Counted from the stretch's first letter, positions 22,891 through 37,135 are shown. The stretch is 64,000 bases of DNA from Pseudogymnoascus verrucosus (GCA_001662655.1 KV460215.1), one strand, 5' to 3'. The notes: generated from the letters alone by a model not told the origin. Program-made: numbers and translations.

Positions 22891-25800
22891 TTCCCCAGCA
22901 CTGACACCGCCGTACCTGACCGCTCTCCTGTCTCACCTCCCCCCCCCCCCATCAAGATGCATAGCCCAAGCACAGGGCGTGCGTGCCGTACATTGCATAT
23001 AACCCCTAAGTCCCGTGCGCGCCCGCCACGCGCTCGGGAGCTGGACCGAGGGGGACTAACTTAACTAACTAACGCAGTCTGCGGGTGCGTGATGGGACGC
23101 GCGCGCGGTGGGTTGGCGGGCGGTGAGTGGGAGATGGGATGGTTTGATGGAGGTAGGCGGTGTGGTGGGCGGTGGGTGGGAGTTGGAGTTGAAGCCCCTT
23201 TCTTTTGGATGCACGGGGGGGTTTCATTTGCGTTCGCACGTACCGGTTATCCTCGGGTTGGTAGCGATATATGTACTATCGAATTTAATATCTCGACCCG
23301 GGGCCGTGGACAGGTTGCTTTCTCTGGTACAGGTATCAGACAGACAAACGGTGGTGGTGGTCTGGCCTGACATGGCAAGCCGGTCTGGGGGAACACAACA
23401 TGGAAGGGAGCGTGCGTTTGTGATGCTGTGGCACGGTCCCGGCGGTTGGTGCGTGGGTTGGAAAAAAGGGGGTGGGTAGGGTAGACCTATTATGGGATTC
23501 CGGGGAAGGGGATACGATATTTGTGGTTGGGAGGACAGGAACGGTGGGTGAAGAATGGTACTGGTGGTGGAGAAAAGGGGATGGGATAGGGGGTTGAGTT
23601 TGGTGGTAAACGGAGGCGGACGTGCAGGAGATGAAGATGCCGCAGCACACCCTCCCTGGAGCGCCACGAGCGTCGCGTGTGTGTCGTTTCGGGCAAGAAC
23701 GGCGTGTCGAACAGGACAGGAGTTTCGAATCGGTCGAGGTGAGGTTTGGTCGGGAGGAGGCTTGGCATCATCACCATCCATCCGCGACACGCGCTGTTGG
23801 GTCCATCTACAGTATCTATGGGTGGGTGGATTGAGCGGCCTGGGCAAACTGGGCGAACTGAACCGGGCTGGATGTGGATGTAAGTGGCTTGTATCAACGG
23901 TGGCAATGCCGTCATGGGTGGTGGCGAAACGAGCGCGAGACGCGAGTTGTGGGTGGGTAGTGCGTGTCAGGAGCAAGTGGTGTAGGGGATTCCCTGCATG
24001 CCGGCAATTGCAGGGCCGCGGCGGGCTGGTTGTTGTTGTTCTAGAGTATAGTACATACATACCCTTCCCAATATTTTTCTAAGAATGGTATCACCTGCAG
24101 CAAAATGCAGCGCGGGTGCCTCGGAGAAGGCTATCCGTCTGGGTTATGGTTAGGGATATGACGCGGGCTGACCTGGTTGGTTGGTTGGTTGGTAGTGGGA
24201 GTTTGGCGCCGAAGAGTCAATCCGACGATTGAGTAGCTGTAGAGTAGATGGAGCTGCGGGATACTCTAGGAGAACCATGGGGTAATATGTAGATATAGCA
24301 TCATACAGCATCATCCGGCATGCAAGTCGTACGGAGGACGGGCGAGGATATAGATTAGCACCAACGGCGCGCGCCCGTCGTCGTCGCTTGCCGCTGGTGA
24401 CGCTGGGCAAGGCAAAGGCAAACCAGGACAGGGACGACGAACGGGAGAGGCCCTTATTCCCGTCCACCACGAGCTCTTCTTAGATTGCTGTATCCATCCC
24501 GCCCGCCCCATGGCCACGCCACGCCAACGCCATAGTATCCGATCCGCAACCCCCTTTTCCCAGTCCAGCCCAGCACCAACATCTTCCTCTCATCCCAGCG
24601 CATCCTGCCTAGAAAATCCCCCAATCCCGCCCCCATCTTATCCCTATCCCCATCCCTAACAACAACCCCTAGCGAGGCAACACCTCGTGGGCTCCTGACT
24701 AGCGAAATCCGGGGAAGGCAGGGGGGTGTGATTGGGTGGATGGGTCGAGGGGCGTTGATGCAGGTCGCCTGTTGTGGAGACCCCGGTTTGTGTTCGTGGA
24801 GAGGGACGGGGGGGTGGGTGTAGTGGCCAATTAGAGGAGAGGGAAGGGGGGTTGCGCGTTGGGGGTACGAGGAGGGAGATGGGGGAGTGGATTTCTGGGG
24901 GAGAAGGGGTGTGGGTGGTGGAAGGAGGGTGCTGCTTTAGCGGGTGGTGAGTTAGACTGGGTTGGATGAGACTAGACTATTTTGGGAATTAGTGGCGTCG
25001 CTGTTTTAAGGCAGGTGGAGGTGAGAAGGGGCAGGTACCGATGGAAGTACTAGAAGTACAAGATGGACTGGGGTATAGTACAAGTACCTAGAGCGCGAGT
25101 CGGCGAGTCGAGTACAACAATATCTACAGTGCGTGCATAACACCCCATCCACCTCATCCACCCCCTACAAACCCGCCTCTACTGGACCGCTACGGGCTTC
25201 TATAGACCCTGTACAGCGACCACCAGCGCCTCTATCCTCAGTGGAGTCCAACTCCCACCCCGGAGTCCTGCGTGCCGTCAATTGAAGCTCCATGGACGCG
25301 GCAACAGACCGCACTCACACAGCACAGTCCAGGCCAGGCTCTCCCTCCGTACCGGACCGGAGCTGGGAATTATGGGGCGCAGAAACGCATTATGGCTCGA
25401 AGGAGCAGCTGCGTTCGTCGAAGCGCTGGGGAGGGTTTGTAAGCTGCGTTTGTGGAGGTCGCGGAGACTGGTCTGGACTGGATGGATGGGTGCGACTGCG
25501 CGCGGCTTCTAGGCTTGGGGACTGCCGATGGATGGGGATATGCGGGATGCTACGAACAGTACAGCATGGGTATAGGAGGTATGTACATACTTTCTGCAAT
25601 ACGACTGATTGTCTTGAGCTTTGACATACGCCTCAGACACACGGCAGCAGAGGGAGCTGATGATCGGCGGCCACAAAGGCTGGGGGGCGCCTTCCATCCC
25701 TTCCTTTCTAACGGATTTAGTGAGGGCCGGGTGTGGTAGCTTCAGGGCGCAGCAGGGAGCCATGCGGTGACGGATGCGGTCTGGATTTTCGGTTTGGTGG

Positions 25801-27263
25801 CGGGTGTCTCGGATGGAAATGGTGGTTGAGATTTCGTGGGCGAGGAGGGTGAGACATTGTGTTTTGGATTGTTCAGCCGCGTTTGGTTTGGAGTGATATC
25901 TCGGTAGGGAGAGTGAGGAACGACTCGTGAGTATGGTTGATATCTCCGGCAAGTATACAGTGAAGATGGTCCTGATATCTCGGTAAGGATAGAGTGATGA
26001 TGATCCTGACATCTCCGGCGACGAGGTAAGCTACCACCAAACACTATATTGGCTAATGTTGGATCAATGTCAGCTCACTATATGTAAGGCAACGCAAACA
26101 CCCATTTCCTCGAATCCCATCCCTCCCACCATCTCCCAACCGCCGTCCATCATCATTTACCAACCTTCTCCCCCAGTCCCTTCCCCATTACCCCCGTCCC
26201 TCCCATCCCATCCCATCATATCACATCCCCCAGAACCATGTCCCCGATCCCCTTTCCCTACCGCCCTCTACTGTATCTGCCACTCTGCCGAAATTAATTT
26301 AGACGCTCATCTGCTGTCCAGCTAGTTTGTATAAACTACAGCGTCGACAACCAGCCAGCCACTCACCACCACCCGCTCCCTACAGCTATGACTCTTCTCG
26401 CTCTCTTCCGAGGTGGATCGGCGGGATGCCAAGGGGCTAGATGGGAGGGTCTGTCTGTTAGGGTTGGGTTGGTTTGTCGACTTACCTGTATCCATCCATC
26501 GACTAAACTAATTCTCACATCACCAGGCCAGCCGCCTGCCAGCCAAGCAACACATCTAAGGACGGCTCAGGACAGGACAGGAACAGAAAGCGCGGGAGGT
26601 GATATCCCAGAACCCCGAACTTACAATCAATCCCGTCCCTGATCTCCCTCTCGCATCTCTCACCTCATCAGTCTAGGTCTACTATAACACCAGCAAGCGT
26701 CACCGGGTGGTGCAGATCCCCCATCCGCTCCCCCGACGCGCCCTGCACCACCGCTGCAGCATCGCCGTTTTGTTGCCCAACGCCCCATCATCCACCCATC
26801 GCCAGGGTCGCCATGCACGGCGCTAGGAGGGGATCGGGGATGGGTGATGGCTTGCTTGGGGGGGCGGTGGTGGCGGGTTGGTTTGGGCTGGAAATAGGTC
26901 GTTTGTATGTGGGTGAGTGAGCTAGTAGTGAGTGAGTGGGCCCCTCTGCCGATGGGTCGGGCGGCAAGAGAGAGGGAGGAGAGGGAGACGGGAGTCACAG
27001 TCGCATGGCGATGCCTATCTCGTCGTTCCCTGCGCTACGTGCGTGGGATGGCAGGGCGTGGGATGATGGATGGTATGGATGGTGGGATGGATAGTGGGAT
27101 GGATGGTGGGGTGTGTTCCGAAGTCGGTGGGTGACGGTGCGTGCGGCTCCACATCGACTCACTCTGTCTGTTTGGCGCTGCTGTGGGTGATGGATGCGTT
27201 AGTTAGTTTGTTAGGCTGGTTGGGTTTAGGATGGTGAAGTACTGTAAAGTGGGTTTAGCAGTG

Positions 27264-27297
27264 TTAGTAGCTGTTAGTAGCTGTTAGTAGCTGTTAC
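27264..27297 (+). repeat. 10-bp tandem repeat (GTTAGTAGCT) x3
   Basis: gttagtagctgttagtagctgttagtagctgtta read directly. Confidence 0.85.
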
Positions 27298-29472
27298 TAG
27301 GCGTGTGTGCTGACAGAGCGAAGAGGGCCCATTTGACATCGGCCATGGGCTAGATGTTTTGGTGCCTTTTCTAGAGTCGAGCGAGTACCCAGTTTTGATA
27401 CTTTTTTGATACTTGACTTTAGACTGTGTACTGTATAGTGGGCAGGGCGGGCGGATAAATACAGACTGCCTACTGGCTTTTATCCGTACGACGGCGCTCG
27501 CGCTCCACAAATACCCGATATAAACCCGTTCTGTCCACCATATCCGCGCCGCCGCCACACCACTACCACTACAGTACCGTTGTTCTTCGCCTTCCACGCC
27601 CTGGACTGGGGGAAAAATGGGTGTCCTGGCCTAGGGGCTGGGGTGTTAAACGAGATTTGACCCCCCGTTAGGACCCCGTCAGCGCCCCAGAGCTATCCCG
27701 CACTCTCCCTCAATCTCCACGTTTTTGAACCATGGGGAATGATCGACGGGGGGCGAGGGTGATGACGACGGCTAGGACAATCAGCAGGCGTGGATCTGGG
27801 CCTAATCCTAGCTGTTCCAATTTTACTTCCCCAGCGTAGGTAGAGGGATGGTAAATGGTGATGCGCGGTTGGTGGTTGTATATCGTAATTAGGTGGTGGT
27901 GGTTGTTATCTTAGCACGACGCAGGCAACGCCCATCAGCGAGGACGGGCGGGCTTCTAGACGCGCTAGGGCGGGTCGAATGTCCACAGGGCTTTGTGGGA
28001 GGGTCGTGGTGGACGTTTCATGGTTTTTTTGTCTGTGTACAGTATGTAGGTGAGTGGGCGTATGAGCTGCAGAAGCTGCGGATACCGAGTGGATGTGTTG
28101 GAGGTGGTCGTCACGGGGTGTGCTGCATATATGTACGTAGGTCGGCATGTAGGTAGGTAGGGTAAGGTGTAGGGCAGGGTTAGCTAGCTAGCTATCTATC
28201 TAACTCTGCATATGTACATACAGAGGAGGGATGGGATGAGACAGACAGACAGACGGACAGGTTTAACAGCCGAGGAGCTGCAGGTGAATGGCTGGATGGT
28301 GGATGGTGTTTGGTTCGGCGGTTGCTTGGTAGGGAGCAAGGCAGGCACTCCCCTCGCCGGTCTGTCAGATAGATAGAGACTCAATCTACGCTCGGTAAGA
28401 AGCCGTATGGTTAATCAAATAACCACTCCTCTACCACTATATTTAATTTTGGATATATGATGAGTATACTACTCATCTATACCCTCGCACTCGGACTCGC
28501 TCTCGTACTTTCTCTTCGCTACGGACGCAGCGAATAAGCGGTGCGCATTTTCATCCGGCGACAGCTGACTGGTCGGAGAGAGAGAGAGGTCGGCGCGGGT
28601 GTAGTAGGTGCCGATGTCGAGACTGCTGCTTTAAGCTGTTGTAGTATGTAAATGCGTGAGCAGTAGCCAGAGGGTTAGTAGGGTGAGCAGTAGCAGTAGC
28701 GTCAATCGGAGAAGGAAGCGTAGAAGGGTTAGTAGAAGCTCGGGGTTAAAATGGTTAGTTAGCAGCGTGGAACGGACAGGGCGACAGACAGACAGGCACG
28801 CAACGCGAGGTGTCACGAGGAGGGAAAATTGGGTGGGTGTGTAGGGGTAGGTGGTGGTGGTGAAGGTTATGGATATTCCGGTGTGTGGATGTGCCGGGTG
28901 GTGATGGATATAGAGTGTCGTCTATATCGTATATTGATATTGATCGAGTAATGAAGTCGTTAATCAATATACACACACACACACATCCATCTAAAGCCGT
29001 CCCTTACATCAGCGTTGAATATTACAGTACCGTCCATGCTGCAGAATACCCTACCGAGTACCTCCCAGCACGATACGGCCATACCATACACCGCCGCCGT
29101 CCGTCCTAGCTGGTAGATTATCTCGTGCCGTGTCTCTCTCGCTGCCGAAGGACCCGAGAGCACGGCAACATGGTGTGGTGGATGGTGAAACAGTAGGGTA
29201 GATAGATACGATCATGGTGGGCGAGTACGGACAGGGCAGGGTAGGGACAGTACCGGTGATCCGCTTGCCGCTCTGTGTTTTGCCTGGCTGGTGTGGTTTG
29301 GTCCGTCTACTGGTGGTGGGTGGTGGGTGGATGTTGTAGTCGGTGTGTCTAGTTCGGTCGGTCTGTCTGTATGCCGATGGAGGGAAGGTGCTGGCGAACA
29401 GGTATCTATCCTACTAGACTACTTGCCGAGCTAGAATAAGGCTAGAGCACCGAGCGAGGGTACGAGTTGATA

Positions 29473-29555
29473 GTCTTGTCTTGTCCTGTCTTGTCTTGCT
29501 TGCCCTGCCCTGTCTTTGCCGTCCGTGTCTTGCCCTGTCCTGTCCTGTCCTGTCC
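29473..29555 (+). repeat. Degenerate (GTCYT/GCCCT)n pentanucleotide microsatellite
   Basis: gtcttgtcttgtcctgtcttgtcttg...ccctgtcctgtcctgtcctgtcc. Confidence 0.8.
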
Positions 29556-31953
29556 GCTCACGGTCTTTTGGTGGGGTGTGAATGAACGAGACTACCATAC
29601 AATACTGGCGTACCATAGTAAAAAGACGCGCGCGCACGGAGACAAGTGATGGGGACAGAACAGAAAGGTGCACGGGGTCCACATGGGTGGGACTTCCACA
29701 TGCTCCACCGGGAGTCCACCGAGAGCCCATCGCCTTGTCCAGATCCGGCTTAGTGTGTATTATTGAGGTGCTGCTTTTGGTAGGAGGTACGTGCTGGTGT
29801 GAGGGAGGTGGTAGGGGGTGTGATGTACCTCTTATTTTTTTCTGTTTTTGCTAGGGAAGAGTCTGGAGTATGGAGTATGGAGTAGTATGAGAGGGAAGTA
29901 TGGGGAGAGTCTGGGGGTGTACCGTGCTTTTTAGGTGACTCTGCGGCGAGACAAATGCTGGGGATGTACAGTCCATGTCACTGCCATCGAAAAGAACGAA
30001 CGAACGAAGGAAGAAAGAAAAGCTCTCCGGTGGGCGGAACTACTACTATACAAAAGCCTGGTGTTTTTTTCAGATCTCGGTCTGCCGGCGACTGACTACC
30101 TACAGACGTAGCTGTAGACCAGTCAGAAGGGTGGAAGAGCTTGCGGGACTTGTTACTTGGTATGCAGAGTGCATGCAGAGTGTATGCAGAGTTGTATGCA
30201 GTTGTTTTTTGGTATGCAGGTTCGGGTGGGTGTAGGGGGATGTAGGGTGTGGGAATGACTGGTGCCGGAGAGGGTGTTGGTGGATTACTGGTGGTGGTGG
30301 TTGGTGGTCGAGAGCGGCGATGGATGGATGGGGGTGTAGGGTAGTAGTAGTCGATGTGGAAGAGAGAGCGATCAAACGGCTTTGTACTGTTTGCAGGTAT
30401 ACAAACGGATAGTAAGTTGAGGATGAAGTTGAGACTGTGGCGACGGGAATAAGAAGGAGACGAAGAAGAGTACATACGGCAATGAGGATGGTGGTAATTA
30501 GTATAGTTTTGTATAGTATAGTATTGTAATTGTAGTATATGAATATCACCACCACCACGATCAAATCAATCAATATATACGACGATATTCACAGTACGCC
30601 ACAGGTACATGACCATCACATCCCCAGAGAAAGTTCGAGTCCTGGGCTAATCATGTGTTAGTCATGTGCTAATCCCATGCTAACCCCATGCTAATTCTCT
30701 ACTAACCCAGGGTTGGAGTAGCCTAGGATTAGTCTAGGATTAGCGACAGAATTAGGACACAACCAGCACTGTCGGTACATCCAATCGGTAGAACCCTCCA
30801 CCGACCAAACCAGACTACGTTAGGGAGGGATTGACCCACAAAGTACCGTCGATAACCCTTACAAGTACCCTTACGAGAGTATCCACTCATCCACCCAAGT
30901 ACCCCTCTATGTACACTCCCTACACTAACCCTCCAACTTGCAAGTACCACGCGCATCAAACGCCCATCAACAGGCAAGTACACACACACACACACACGCA
31001 TCATTCCGGCCCACCACAGTCAGTTTAGTAACTGGCGATAGTAACTGGCGATAGTAGAGTACTTGCTAATCGATAATACAAACCCACCACCACCACCACC
31101 CACACAACACAATTCCCTACTATTCGCACTATTCATGCCCATCAACCACACAAATCTATACTCCATATACCCTTTCACAATATACACAATATACACAATA
31201 GTTATAGAGTACAAACCACACTCTATACTCCATATACACCCATACATATATCCACCACCTTTTATACACTGCCATACTACTTACTGTATACTCTCTATAC
31301 ACCTTTCCCGCCACTACCATCCCACGCTACCCAACTACACCAGACTACACCAGACTACACCAAACTACACCAACCACCATCCATCCCCATTGCCTCCCCA
31401 TTGCCTCCTTCTGACTGGTTAGCCACAGCTTAGGTCTTGGTCCTCTCGGCCTTCAAACCGTTCGGAACTAGGTCTGTCTACTCCTACTACGCCTGCTTGG
31501 TCCTATCCATCGGTTGTTCGCCTCTATCCTATCCACTCACCTGCCTGCCTGCCTCACCACTCACCACTCACCTCGACTCACACCACAACCACCACGATCC
31601 GATCACCACCAGCAACAAATAGACAAGAAAATTAATCCTGCTGCCACAACTCCCCGACCCTTTCCTTCATTCTCTCTCCTCGATTGGCAAGCTATCCTTC
31701 ACCCTCCCAACAATCCAAAAACAATTATTCAACTCGACTGCATCCCTCATTTCCAGTCCGAGTCCCACCACCCACCAACCACACAAACCGCCAGCCGATC
31801 GCCGCCGCTCCCTTTGACGAATCGCCGACGCAGTTCAACAATACCCAACCACAACCACACGCATTTGTTGTAGCATGATAGCAGTCGGACGACGCCCTCA
31901 CCGCGCCGCTCCTCCCTCGACTCCCCGTTTCGCTGCGAGAGACACCGCCCAGC

Positions 31954-34900
31954 ATGCCTCTCACGACGTCATCCAACGCTGCAAATACCATTACTAACGG
32001 CGTTATCAACGAGAATGGTACGTAAACCGCCTTGCTTGCTACCAACTCCAGCTCATTGCGCACGGCACCACGCTGCCCCGGCCGCGCTGCAGCGAGAGAA
32101 TGCCAGAAACTAACTTTCGCCCTTCCAGTTGATCCCGCTCTGAACCCCAAGGCTGCGACGGCCTTCCCCCCGCCGAAGACCGACAAGCCGCGGCCACACA
32201 TCTGCGCGACCTGCACGCGCTCGTTCGCGCGGCTCGAGCATCTCAAGCGCCACGAGCGCTCCCACACCAAGGAGAAGCCCTTCGAATGCTCCGAGTGCAC
32301 GCGCTGCTTCGCGCGGCGGGATCTGCTCCTGCGCCACCAGCAGAAGCTGCATATGACCACTACGCCCTCGTCACGGCCGCGGAACCGCCGCGAGAGCGCC
32401 AGCAGCACGGCGACGTCCGCCGCCAAGATACGGAAGGGCTCGGTGGCCAAGGGCCATGGTCAGATGAGGCCGCGCGCGAACACCATCAGCCATGTCGATA
32501 ATGCGGCCATACACCTGATCGCGCCGAATTCCGCGAACCCGAGGAATATCGTGCAGGGGACGCATAGCCGGCATGGCAGTCTGATGGGGCTCTCGGCGCA
32601 CGATAGCTATCATCTGGCGGGGATGTCGGCGGCGCTGGGGCAGCGGGGAATGTCTCACAATGGGCTGCCGAAGCTGGATATGGATGGGGTGAATACGGCG
32701 ACGATGGGCGGGGGATTGCGGACGGCGCCCGTGGATCCACGGATCCTGGCCGAGTTCGACTGGGATATGTTTAATCGCGAGGGCAGCACCGTCAACCCCA
32801 ACGCATTGCACTACAGCGATTCGCCACAGTCCATGGCCATCGACTCGGCCTCGGCCTACCAGCACGCATTCCCGGATATGACCGGAGGCCAGCCAATGGA
32901 GGAGAACTTTGACTGGATGAACGGCTTCGAGCACCAATTGGACTTTACCGCAAACGAGAATGCCATTGACGGCTCGTCGCCCTCGGCAATCAGCACCGCG
33001 AGCCAGAGCGGCATCAGCGAGGTGATGCTGGACGGCTCGAACCAGCCCGTGAACCCGGGATCCATGTGGCAGCAGAGCATGATGGCTCCGGCATTGATGG
33101 CCCCTGGGAATTTCGGCTTCGATCTGTCCCTGAACGGCTTCCCGGATTTCCTCCACGGCGGCGCCCCGATCTCACCACACAACCTCTCCCAAAAACAGGC
33201 TTCGGATACATATTTCTCTACGCCGCCACCATCGATGAGCTCGCTGAGCCCGTCCATGATGCCGGGCCTCACCAACACTAATGGAATCCACCACACGATG
33301 AACTTTGGCCCGGAGACACCCTCCTCCGTGAACGGAGTCAACCCATACTCACCCGCAGCCACCATCACCGAAGCCACGCGCCAGGTGCTCGTGGTTGCGC
33401 TGAACCAGATCACACCATTTGGCGGCCGCAAGAACTCGTTCCAGTTCAGCGCACCGGCGCAGTTCCGCGGCCAGCCGAACGAGAACGCGCGCAGCCTGCC
33501 GAGCACGGCCGACCTGCAGCGTTACGTAGGAGCATACGTTACATATTTCCAGCCGCACTTGCCATTCCTGCATCTCCCGACGCTGTCGTTTGATGTGCCG
33601 GCGTCGCAGATCAATTCGGCGAGGCAGTCTGGGATGGTTGGCGGTAGGGGATGTCTGATGCTCTCCATGGCGGCGATAGGGGCATTATACGAGATGGACC
33701 ACGCCGTGTCGAGGGAGATTTTCGAGCTCGCCAAGAAGATGATCCAGCTGTACCTAGAGGAGCGCAGGAAGGCTGACGTACGAAAGGCCGATATGCGGAA
33801 GGCGGGAGTTGCGGACTCGGGCCATGCTACGTCGGAGAACTCGGTGCATACGCCCGTGTGGCTTGTGCAGGCTATGCTGCTCAATGTCATCTATGGGCAC
33901 AACTGCGGCGACAAGACGGCGGGAGATATCGCCGCGACGCACTGTGCTGCGCTCGTGAGCTTGTCCCGTGCTGCGGGCCTACTGAGGCCGCCGAACGGGA
34001 CGCACCCCGACGACCTGACCTCCTCGGACGACACGCCGATGGCGGATATGTGGCTGAATGGGAGCATGCATGATATGTCTGACGAGCAGCGAGAGTGGAT
34101 AAACTGGCGGATCACCGAAGAGCGGAAACGTACTCTCTTCACCGTGTTCGCCCTGTCGAGCCTCCTCGTGTCGGCATTCAACCACACCCCCGCCCTCACG
34201 AACTCGGAAATCCTCCTCGAGCTCCCCTGCGAAGAGGACTTCTGGGCCTGCGACAGCGCAGCGAGCTTCAACGCCAAGGGCGGCGTCAAGGCCGCGAGCC
34301 AGAACCTAATGCTCTTCCACGACGCGCTTGGCGAACTCCTCCGCACCAGCGAGAAACAGCACATGCACAACGGTTACGCGAACGGCGGCGCGCCCTCGAC
34401 GACCCTCAAGCCCAGCACCTTTGGCTGCTTCGTCCTCATCAACGCGCTGCACAACTATATCTGGGAGACCCGCCAGCGCCACCACAACAAGCTCTGGACG
34501 AACGAGGAGACGGAGAAGATGCACCGCCACATCGAGCCCGCGCTCAAGGCGTGGCAGGAGGCGTGGGCGAGCAACCCAAGCCACAGCCTCGAGCGTCCCA
34601 ACCCTTTCGGCTTCGGCGCTTTCTCTGCGGATTCCATCCCCCTCCTCGATCTCGCCTATGTGCGCCTCTTCGTCAACCTCAGCCGCTCGAAGGAGAAGTT
34701 CTGGCAGCGCGACTACGAGGGCATGGCGGAGGAGATCTCGCGCGGCTCGGAGATCGTGCAGCACGCCGAGCACTCGCCGGGATCGAACGGGGACTCGGGA
34801 GCGTCGGAGCAGATGTCTGAGGCGGCGGGGGGGAGCGTCAGTGGGGCGCACTCGCATTTTGGGGATACGCCGCCGTCGTCGGGGGGGTCGCCGGGGTTTG

Positions 34901-35619
34901 GGAAGGTGTTGATGGCTGGTGGGGTGCAGCAGGGGCAGATGCAGGGGAATACGAGTGCGCCCCTGCAGCAGCAGCAGCAGCAGAGTGTTACGGCGCCGGG
35001 GACGACGTCGAAGCGGGAGAGGCATTTGAGGAAGGCGGCGTTTTATGCGGCGGACTCGCTGTCGATGTCTGATAAGCTCGGTGTTACGTTTGCTGACTTC
35101 ACGTCGAGGGAGTTACCGCTTCAATCCGCCTTGTGTGCCTTCGACTGCGCGCAGGTTCTCGCGGAATGGGTAGCTACCGTGCAAGAGCGGGTAGGCTCCT
35201 ACCTCGGGATCCTGGGCAGGGATGAGGTGGACTACAGCCAGGTTCCTGGGATCATGCTGCTGGAGGAGGAGGATATCAAGCTGTTAATTAAGATACAAGA
35301 GGTGCTGCAGAGCGCGGAGATGAAGATGAATTACGAGGCTGGGATGGTGGGGATGCAAGGGTTGGCGATGCAGCAGAGGAGTTTGGCGGAGGAGCCGGGG
35401 TTTGGGGCGAGGATTTTGAGGATTACGAGTTTTATGCTTGATAAGGCTGCGGTGTGGCCGAGTGAGTTACTCCTTTTGTTTGGGTTTTGGATTTTTTGGG
35501 GGGGGGGAATATAGGCTAATACGTTGTGTACAGTGACGCATCTTATGGCACGCAGTCTGGAGACGCAGGCGAGTCATATGAGGGCGCGCGCGGAGGCGTC
35601 GGTGGCGCAGAGGGTGTAG
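31954..35619 (+). CDS. Adr1/AmdX-type transcription factor with two C2H2 fingers and a fungal-specific TF domain; introns 32018-32128 and 35462-35533
   Basis: [55 protein letters not shown] is Adr1-like; [13 protein letters not shown] and [14 protein letters not shown] are typical of the fungal TF domain; both introns splice in frame. Confidence 0.9.
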
Positions 35620-35892
35620 AGTGTCCGACGCTCGACGGGCGCTGTGGGCGGACCGTCGGATGCGAACGAAACTCGAAGCTCGAAGCCTGGAGACTAAAGG
35701 CCTCTCAGAACCTGCAGCTACCTGTGTCGAAGACACGGGCCGATGAATGATGATGTCGACACGGGCTAAATCAACCAAAAAAAAGTGGGTGGCAGATGCA
35801 GATGCAGATGCGAAAAGGGATAAATATCGCGTGCCTACTGACGACCCTGATGAGGGATAAGAAGGGGGCAAACTCAGCGCGGAAAAGAGATA

Positions 35893-35914
35893 AGAGAGAG
35901 AGAGAGAGAGAGAG
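35893..35914 (+). repeat. (AG)n microsatellite in the 3' region of the TF gene
   Basis: agagagagagagagagagagag. Confidence 0.9.
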
Positions 35915-36789
35915 AAAGACAATATGGTTGTTGTTCTATTCTATTTCTTACTTTTTTACTTTATTTTGAAAACACGAACAAAAAGGGATGGATGATATGG
36001 ACGGATGGTATGGACGGTATGGACGGATGGTATGGGAGAGAGGGGGGGAAGCGTATATATACCTTGGAATTTTTTGGGAAGGGGGATGGGGGGGTTTATT
36101 ATTTAACATATAACGACGTGATAAGACGCAGCGCGTGAGAATTTTTTGAAGAGACAGAGAAGATGGGGTTGGGCCGGGGGGGGGGGTGGAAACAGAGAGA
36201 GAGCGGAGGTCTGGCTGAGGCGGGCAAGATGGAGCTGGGACAAGGGCACGAGCGAGTGAGAGAGAGGCGATTAAACATCGCATACATGCTATGCTATGCG
36301 ATGCTATGCTTAGTTTTTAACGAAGGAAGAAAAATATCGAAAGAAACGTATGTGGTTATGAATGAAAGAAATGGATAGTCGGTCGGGGGTTTTTTACAGA
36401 CAGATGGATGGGGGGGTTGGAAAACTTAATTTTTTTTCGTGCGCGGGTTAGTGGTGGGAGAAAGGGGGTTGGGTTGGGAGGTTGTGGGTTGGGTTATAAG
36501 GGGGGTGGTTGGTTGGTGTGGGGGTTATGTTAAGATCGATTGATATTTGAAAACCTTTATATCTTTGCCTTGCCTTGCCTTTAGTTGATCTTGGTGAGGC
36601 GGTGGAGAGGGGGTGGATGGGATGGGATAAAGGGGGTGGGAGGGTGGGTGTAGCTTGGGTTAATGAGAGAGCTTTTTTCGAGTGCATGATATTGTTTGTT
36701 TTACCTATTGTGTGTGTGACTACTTGGTGATTTTGGGGAAAGTGCAAGGGTCATGGGAGGCGAGGGTCGTGCTTTCCTTTTGTAATGTT

Positions 36790-37090
36790 ACATCCAAAAG
36801 GAAAGGGGGAAGTTGCGAGGGTGATAGATGGGTTGTTCCTTCCTCCGTGTGGTGTCACGTCTGAAGTGGGAAGTTGCGAGCGTGGTGATATATGTATCGT
36901 TCCTTCCTTGTGGTAATGGGTGGTTTTTTAGACCCGCACCTTCCTCTGCATATCATCATCCGGGAGAGAAGTTGCGATGGGTATCCAAGACTTGTTCTTT
37001 CCTTGTGCTAAGGGTGGTTTGTAGACCGGCGCTATATAACATCCAAAAGGGGAAGTTGCGATGGTTATTCAAAACTCGTTCCTTCCTCTT
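36790..37090. repeat. Four degenerate ~60-100 bp tandem units
   Basis: gaagttgcga at 36809, 36870, 36968 and 37052, each followed about 25-30 bp later by gttc(c/t)ttcct; acatccaaaagg at 36790 and 37039. Confidence 0.75.
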
Positions 37091-37135
37091 ATCACACCCA
37101 CACTCACACCCGCCCTTACGTAGACAACCCCCCCT

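Noticed and set aside
23089..24082. Overlapping ORFs up to 278 aa in the long intergenic region
   Set aside because: Low-complexity P/H/S/G-rich translations arising from GC-skewed DNA; no domain or splice support.
30646..30715. ctaaccc/gctaat-like repeats resembling telomeric sequence
   Set aside because: Too few and too degenerate to be a TTAGGG array.
32371..35025. Long alternative-frame and antisense ORFs (up to 261 aa) within the C2H2 gene
   Set aside because: Expected by-product of high GC at third codon positions.
36790..37090. Repeat-spacer pattern reminiscent of a CRISPR array
   Set aside because: Eukaryotic context, degenerate repeats, irregular period, related spacers and no cas genes.
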